20,000 nucleotides of DNA from the IMG/VR virus record IMGVR_UViG_3300042447_001246; one strand, 5' to 3'. Position numbers and translations under genes: made by a program. This document shows positions 15,910 through 20,000 of this stretch, in pieces (the first letter of the stretch is position 1; the number at the start of each line of letters is the position of its first letter). This stretch comes from an uncultured virus (IMG/VR IMGVR_UViG_3300042447_001246) (lineage: Duplodnaviria > Heunggongvirae > Uroviricota > Caudoviricetes). Below the pieces are notes generated by a model, which saw only the letters and a program-made list of their open reading frames with translations, was not told where the DNA came from and did no database searches.

Positions 15910-16631
15910 CGTGCCAACTTCTCAATCGCAATAGCGTCAAGAATTGACTGCGCCCTGTCACCGAATGTCAACTGGCTTGCTCGCTCGTCACCAAGACCCT
16001 TGCGGAGACTGTCGTAAGCGATGAATGCTCGCAGTGAGATACGGCGTTCGCCAGCGTCAGCCATACGAACTGCGAACTGGCGCAATTCAGGTGAGAGACG
16101 AAGCAAAGCGTCAGGGTGTGGTTCGTTGATACGAATCTTGATAGGGAATCGGTCAGTGAGAGCAGTTGGCAATTCGCCCATGTTCTCAACATTGGTGGTC
16201 ATAATTGCAGAGAAGCCTGCTTTTGGACGGTGGACACGGGCAGTGTCAGGGTGTTCAAACGAAGCCGATTCAGGTGAATCCAACATCGCCAAGAGCGTTG
16301 CATAAACATCGCCCGAAGCCTTGTCAATTTCGTCCACGATGAGACGACCACCTTTAATGCCGTTGCCTTCCCAAGCCTTTAAAGCCGACCCGTCAAGCCA
16401 CTTAGTGCCACCCTTACCGTCAGGTAGGAATGTTCCAGTAACATCCATATTGGTCATGTCCTCGGTGCATACCAATCGGAATGCGCCTGCTTCAACATCG
16501 CCGATAGTCATACCAGCGTATGTCTTGCCGATACCCGAAGGTCCGAAAAGGATTACTCGGTCAACACCGTTGTTGAGAGCGTCCTCTAGGTCTTGCCAGC
16601 ACTGTGGCAATTTGGTTTGTGTAGTAGTCAT
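15906..16631 (-). CDS. MoxR/CobS-like AAA+ ATPase
   Basis: Walker A GPSGIGKT, Walker B LIVDEID, sensor TTN and ALTDRF. ATGA coupling to the vWA gene and AAGGAGG SD. Confidence 0.9.
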   Translation of the reverse strand: MTTTQTKLPQCWQDLEDALNNGVDRVILFGPSGIGKTYAGMTIGDVEAGAFRLVCTEDMTNMDVTGTFLPDGKGGTKWLDGSALKAWEGNGIKGGRLIVDEIDKASGDVYATLLAMLDSPESASFEHPDTARVHRPKAGFSAIMTTNVENMGELPTALTDRFPIKIRINEPHPDALLRLSPELRQFAVRMADAGERRISLRAFIAYDSLRKGLGDERASQLTFGDRAQSILDAIAIEKLAR

Positions 16632-16671
16632 TTCTGTTTCCCTCCTTAAGGGTGTTTGGTTAGTTGTAGTT

Positions 16672-16701
16672 ACCTTACAGCAGGCGATATCAGATTTACA
16701 A
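16672..16701 (-). promoter_or_regulatory. Conserved phage promoter, copy A
   Basis: TTGTAAATCTGATATCG-cctgctg-TAAGGT upstream of the AAA+ gene. Confidence 0.7.
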
Positions 16702-16729
16702 AATCGCTTTACACCGTGAGGCAGTACCT

Positions 16730-16759
16730 ACCCTAGGGCATGCGATATCAGATTTACAA
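16730..16759 (-). promoter_or_regulatory. Conserved phage promoter, copy B (tandem, 58 bp from copy A)
   Basis: TTGTAAATCTGATATCG-catgccc-TAGGGT. Confidence 0.7.
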
Positions 16760-16846
16760 AATCGATTTATCCCCACATTACCTATAGAGCAATTTTTTGA
16801 TTTTTTTGCAGGGGTGTAACAGGGTTTCCCCGGGGCTATCAGCTCT

Positions 16847-16865
16847 TATTGTTAGGCATACCTAA
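16847..16865. promoter_or_regulatory. DtxR/IdeR-like box candidate
   Basis: TATTGTTAGGCATACCTAA matches TWAGGTWAGSCTWACCTWA at 16/19 positions and overlaps the palindrome TGTTAGG-CATA-CCTAACA. Confidence 0.4.
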
Positions 16866-16915
16866 CAGGTTCGGCCGGGGCTCTAGGGTCGAGCGGCCGG
16901 CAAATGACCGGTGGG

Positions 16916-17098
16916 TTAGTTACAACCGCAACAGGCAGAGCAGAAAACTACTTCGCCATGTTCACCGCAGTCAGCGCGGCGCGACTCACAAATAATGCAA
17001 TTTTCTGCAGACATGGCAGCCTGCGCACGACGCTCCGCCTTTTTCTCTCCACGGTTCTTGCCTATCTTGTAGACAACATAACCACCGAGTAGACCCAC
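16916..17098 (-). CDS. Small protein with C-terminal Cys cluster (Zn-finger-like)
   Basis: GTG start overlapping the upstream TAG. Cys pattern CIIC...C...CSACCGC. Confidence 0.6.
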   Translation of the reverse strand: MGLLGGYVVYKIGKNRGEKKAERRAQAAMSAENCIICESRRADCGEHGEVVFCSACCGCN

Positions 17099-17604
17099 TA
17101 GATACCAGCCTGTCTGTCAGCCTTAGCGTCCCTGACTTCCCAAAGACCTTTCTTGACCTTACGGAAGGTTGGACTCTCTTGGACGTATTTCAGAGTGGTC
17201 GGGTAGGAGAAGCCACACTGCTCCATAAGTTGCTCTGTGGTGAACTGCTCAAAATGGTGCTGGTTCGCCCACTTCAGGAACGAGTCCCACTTGTCAGCCC
17301 GCTTCTCGGTCTTGACCTCATCTACGACAGACTCCTCATCTACCTGAATACCGCAGTACTCACTAGATACCTCTGCGATTACAGCGTCAGGAAGCGAATA
17401 GGAGAGCATGGCACGGATAGGACTGCCCTTTGCTCCGTCACGATTCCACACTTGGAGAACATGTAATGCCCTTGTGTAGTCACTGATACCTTGGGCGACT
17501 TCCCGTGGCACGGCGAACTTATCCCCGAACTCGTCAATGGCTTCAGCCCAACGAGAGGTGTGGATATCGGTAATGGTTGATTCGGTTATTGACTTTTTCA
17601 ACAT
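17098..17604 (-). CDS. Hypothetical protein with C-terminal wHTH-like region
   Basis: AAGGAAG SD. Segment FTTEQLMEQCGFSYPTTLKYV...FRKVKKGLWEV. Confidence 0.7.
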   Translation of the reverse strand: MLKKSITESTITDIHTSRWAEAIDEFGDKFAVPREVAQGISDYTRALHVLQVWNRDGAKGSPIRAMLSYSLPDAVIAEVSSEYCGIQVDEESVVDEVKTEKRADKWDSFLKWANQHHFEQFTTEQLMEQCGFSYPTTLKYVQESPTFRKVKKGLWEVRDAKADRQAGI

Positions 17605-17628
17605 AGTAGATACTTCCTTTCACCACCC

Positions 17629-17658
17629 ACCTTACAGGAGGCGATATCAGATTTACAA
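17629..17658 (-). promoter_or_regulatory. Conserved phage promoter, copy C
   Basis: TTGTAAATCTGATATCG-cctcctg-TAAGGT, 29/30 identical to copy A. Confidence 0.7.
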
Positions 17659-17791
17659 ACAGACTCTTCCACCACCGTCAAGATAAGGCGGCCCCCGGAG
17701 GTCATCACATTTTTTGATTTTTTTGAAAATAAAGCTCCAGGCTCTTCGGCCGAACAGTGCTACTACCCACTATCCGGCCCGAGCCCCGGTC

Positions 17792-18070
17792 TTACCCTTT
17801 TGTTTTTTCGAAAGATTTGTTCCACGTGTGCGTGTAGTAGAAACTTGCAGTCGTCTTAAGCTTTCCCTCGATGTGGAATTTAACTCGAAGGTATTCAATA
17901 GCCGCCGCTACCTCTTCATCCGTGAAGTCGTTGTCCGTGTCGTTCTCCCAGTAGCCGTTTAAAAAATCGCTTTTTGCTGTCTCCACCGCATCTTCACCGG
18001 TGGTGGACAGTGTGTAGTAATTCTCCTCAAGAATCTCTGCAATTTGGGCGAGCACATCCATGTCAATCAT
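17792..18070 (-). CDS. Hypothetical acidic protein
   Basis: ATGA-coupled to the upstream gene. Confidence 0.7.
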   Translation of the reverse strand: MIDMDVLAQIAEILEENYYTLSTTGEDAVETAKSDFLNGYWENDTDNDFTDEEVAAAIEYLRVKFHIEGKLKTTASFYYTHTWNKSFEKTKG

Positions 18071-18477
18071 TTCGCTTCGCCTTTCAACATCGTGTAGAGG
18101 TCGTCTATGACGCCACTAATACTTTCTTCAACAGTTTCGTTGATGTTGTTTTCAATTTTCTCTTCAATCTTTCCCAAGCCGGCAACGAATACATTCCACA
18201 GTTCCTCTAGTGATTCCTGCTCTTCATCCGTGAATTGGTCGCCCATGGGTATGAACCTGATTTCTACAATGCCATCAGAAAGTAAATCCATAAGTTCTTC
18301 AGGGGTAATAGATTCACGGCGTTTAGCGGAATACATCCGTCCATCCTTGGTAAAAATACCAGTGGTCATTCGACGATTTGCGTCTCTGTAGATAGAGAGG
18401 GCTTCAACAATCAGGTTTATTTCATCGAGGGTGAAACGTTTGCTGATTTGTCCAGTTACTGCTTTTTTCTTAGCCAT
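18067..18477 (-). CDS. Hypothetical protein
   Basis: TAATG-coupled to the upstream gene. Acidic helical C-terminus. Confidence 0.7.
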   Translation of the reverse strand: MAKKKAVTGQISKRFTLDEINLIVEALSIYRDANRRMTTGIFTKDGRMYSAKRRESITPEELMDLLSDGIVEIRFIPMGDQFTDEEQESLEELWNVFVAGLGKIEEKIENNINETVEESISGVIDDLYTMLKGEAK

Positions 18478-18695
18478 TACAAGGTCCTTCCTGAGAATTC
18501 AAACCATTCATCATAGGTCATACCAATAGTTCCAACAAATTCTGCATTCTCATAGAAGTCCATGATAAAGCCCTCATGGGTGATTCCAATGTTTATGAAC
18601 TTGGCGTTGACCTCGTCATAGCCACTAGTAAAGACGGTTACATCCTTGCGTGAATGCTGATTGACATCAAATGTCATCTTCTCATTGTCGCTCAC
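18477..18695 (-). CDS. Small hypothetical protein
   Basis: GTGA overlap with the upstream gene. 72 aa. Confidence 0.7.
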   Translation of the reverse strand: MSDNEKMTFDVNQHSRKDVTVFTSGYDEVNAKFINIGITHEGFIMDFYENAEFVGTIGMTYDEWFEFSGRTL

Positions 18696-19096
18696 TTGTC
18701 ACCTGCCTCGTCTAGGTGTCGCTTGATTGAAGCCATTTCAGCCAAGTACTCATCAAACGACATTGCGAACGGGAACTCAATCATGTTGATGTTGTTCAGG
18801 AACAGCGAGTCCCTGAGGTCTAGTTGTTGCCAAAGGTCCAGCAGTTTGTATCCAGCACTCAGGTACTGGTCAAACGCAGTCATCCATTCCTCGGCAATGC
18901 CTACAGACACCCAAGAGTCCTCACCTTCCACCAAGGAGAGCGAACTGCCGTTGTCCCAATCAACACCGATACACATAGCGCCAGCATTATCGTATGGCTC
19001 ACGCGTAACGGTCCCTAGGTCACCCTTGCGAATCCGTGTATACGGGTCGCTAGTGCCGACTAGTTTGATTCTTTCTCCGACAAGTGTCTTTGTCAT
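18692..19096 (-). CDS. DUF4314-like domain protein
   Basis: GERIKL...DPY....GD.GTV.....I.V.WDNGSSLSL..GED. AAGGAG SD before ATG 19096. Confidence 0.75.
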   Translation of the reverse strand: MTKTLVGERIKLVGTSDPYTRIRKGDLGTVTREPYDNAGAMCIGVDWDNGSSLSLVEGEDSWVSVGIAEEWMTAFDQYLSAGYKLLDLWQQLDLRDSLFLNNINMIEFPFAMSFDEYLAEMASIKRHLDEAGDK

Positions 19097-19124
19097 GATT
19101 TTCTCCTTAGTAGTAGTTGAGGAC

Positions 19125-19154
19125 ATCTTAGGGTATCCGATATCAGATTTACAA
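19125..19154 (-). promoter_or_regulatory. Conserved phage promoter, copy D
   Basis: TTGTAAATCTGATATCG-gataccc-TAAGAT. Its TTGTAA includes the stop codon of the upstream ORF. Confidence 0.7.
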
Positions 19155-19430
19155 TTTTTTAGGCATCGGGTTGCTCTGACTCACATTGTAGAGCCAGTCA
19201 TCTGATGTTGGTGCTGTTTCTTCCTTTAGCCTGCGTCCACTACTTTGTCCTTCAATGATTGTGATGCCGAGAGAATCTAGGTAGTCTCCAGCTTTCATGT
19301 GAATTTCGGTCATGAGGTTGTGAACCCCATCCTTTTCAACATCGTCGCTTTCAAACAGTTCTTTATCCAAAGCGAATGTAAAATTGACTTCGTAAAAAGG
19401 TGTATCTGCATCTATTTCTTTGCGTGTCAT
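19149..19430 (-). CDS. Hypothetical acidic protein
   Basis: 93-aa ORF starting 1 nt after the XRE stop codon. Confidence 0.65.
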   Translation of the reverse strand: MTRKEIDADTPFYEVNFTFALDKELFESDDVEKDGVHNLMTEIHMKAGDYLDSLGITIIEGQSSGRRLKEETAPTSDDWLYNVSQSNPMPKKL

Positions 19431-19431
19431 T

Positions 19432-19650
19432 TCAGATGCCTTCTAGAACATCTGATGGCTTCACCTTGAGCGCTCCGCAGAGCAAGATGAGTGACTGAAG
19501 GCTAGGTGAGAAGTGTCCGTTCTCAATCCGGTTGATGGTCTTGCGCTCGAGCCCCGCCTTCTTTGCCAACGCATCTTGCGAGAGTTCTCGCTCAATACGC
19601 AAATCACGAAGTCTTGCACTAACCCGTGCTTCTTTCTTTTCGGTATTCAT
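19432..19650 (-). CDS. XRE-family HTH transcriptional regulator
   Basis: LRDLRIERELSQDALAKKAGLERKTINRIENGHFSPSL. AAGGAG SD. Confidence 0.92.
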   Translation of the reverse strand: MNTEKKEARVSARLRDLRIERELSQDALAKKAGLERKTINRIENGHFSPSLQSLILLCGALKVKPSDVLEGI

Positions 19651-19683
19651 GTTTCTCCTTGTTAGGTGTTTATTTGGTTTATT

Positions 19684-19998
19684 TCAGTTTGCACTGAAAA
19701 TCTGTTGTGAGGTCATGGCTGTATCCATGCCTTCTGCAATCTCAAATGTGAGAGCGTCTTTCCATTCCGAATACTTTTCGTCAAAGTTCTCGTCGTCGTC
19801 GTCGTATTCAGGTTGTCCCTGCATTTCGTGTTCACCTTCTGCAACAATCTCTCCTTTGTGAAAGACCATGTAGCCAGCAAAGAAATCTGCTTCCTCTGTG
19901 AAGTGCATTCCGAATACAAGTTCAGGGAACTGTTCGGAGATGTTCCTCATAAGACCAACCGCAGGGCTCCAAGCACTTTCCCAGTACAGCGTTATTGA
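19684..19998 (-). CDS. DUF1281/YubB ferredoxin-like domain protein, 5' truncated by the window edge
   Basis: The frame is open to the window edge: ...WESAWSPAVGLMRNISEQFPELVF...EE...FAG. Confidence 0.65.
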   Translation of the reverse strand, partial: SITLYWESAWSPAVGLMRNISEQFPELVFGMHFTEEADFFAGYMVFHKGEIVAEGEHEMQGQPEYDDDDENFDEKYSEWKDALTFEIAEGMDTAMTSQQIFSAN

Positions 19999-20000
19999 GT

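Noticed and set aside
16684..16764. 23-bp direct repeat separated by 35 bp, resembling a mini-CRISPR array
   Set aside because: There are only two units and no cas genes. The same core recurs singly upstream of other genes with a -10 hexamer at fixed spacing, so tandem promoters explain it better.
18654..19205. 183-aa plus-strand ORF
   Set aside because: It is antisense to the DUF4314-like gene and crosses promoter copy D.
1..20000. tRNA, rRNA, integrase, transposase or alternative genetic code
   Set aside because: I recognised no cloverleaf, rRNA or recombinase motifs by eye. Genes tile well under the standard code, using all three stop codons.

Overview
This window is a gene-dense segment of a large tailed phage genome. 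The host is most likely an actinobacterium, inferred from a WhiB regulator, a proteasome-beta/HslV-like gene and an M15 endolysin. From left to right it holds: a lysis cassette (endolysin, holin-like proteins, lipoprotein plus 2-TM partner, Cys-rich microprotein); a SAM methyltransferase; a wHTH regulator; a metallophosphoesterase and Ntn protease cluster; a degenerate HNH gene; WhiB; and a long leftward arm. That arm carries two RHH proteins, a replication initiator-like/G39P loader-like pair, a DUF1599/Nmad1-like gene, a MoxR-type AAA+ ATPase with an HExxH-vWA partner, DUF4314, an XRE regulator and a DUF1281-like gene, interrupted by a rightward HA-HTH gene. The most striking signal is non-coding. 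(i) A promoter-like element, TTGTAAATCTGATATCG-N7-TARGRT, has four exact leftward copies and one rightward variant. (ii) A polarised, stoperator-like TTCCACCACCG(TCA) repeat occurs 6-7 times. (iii) Two structured RNA candidates carry anti-Shine-Dalgarno-like CU-rich loops. (iv) There is one DtxR/IdeR-like box. Several small genes missing from the ORF track and a probable non-canonical start codon were also found. All family assignments come from motif recognition by eye, not from database searches.
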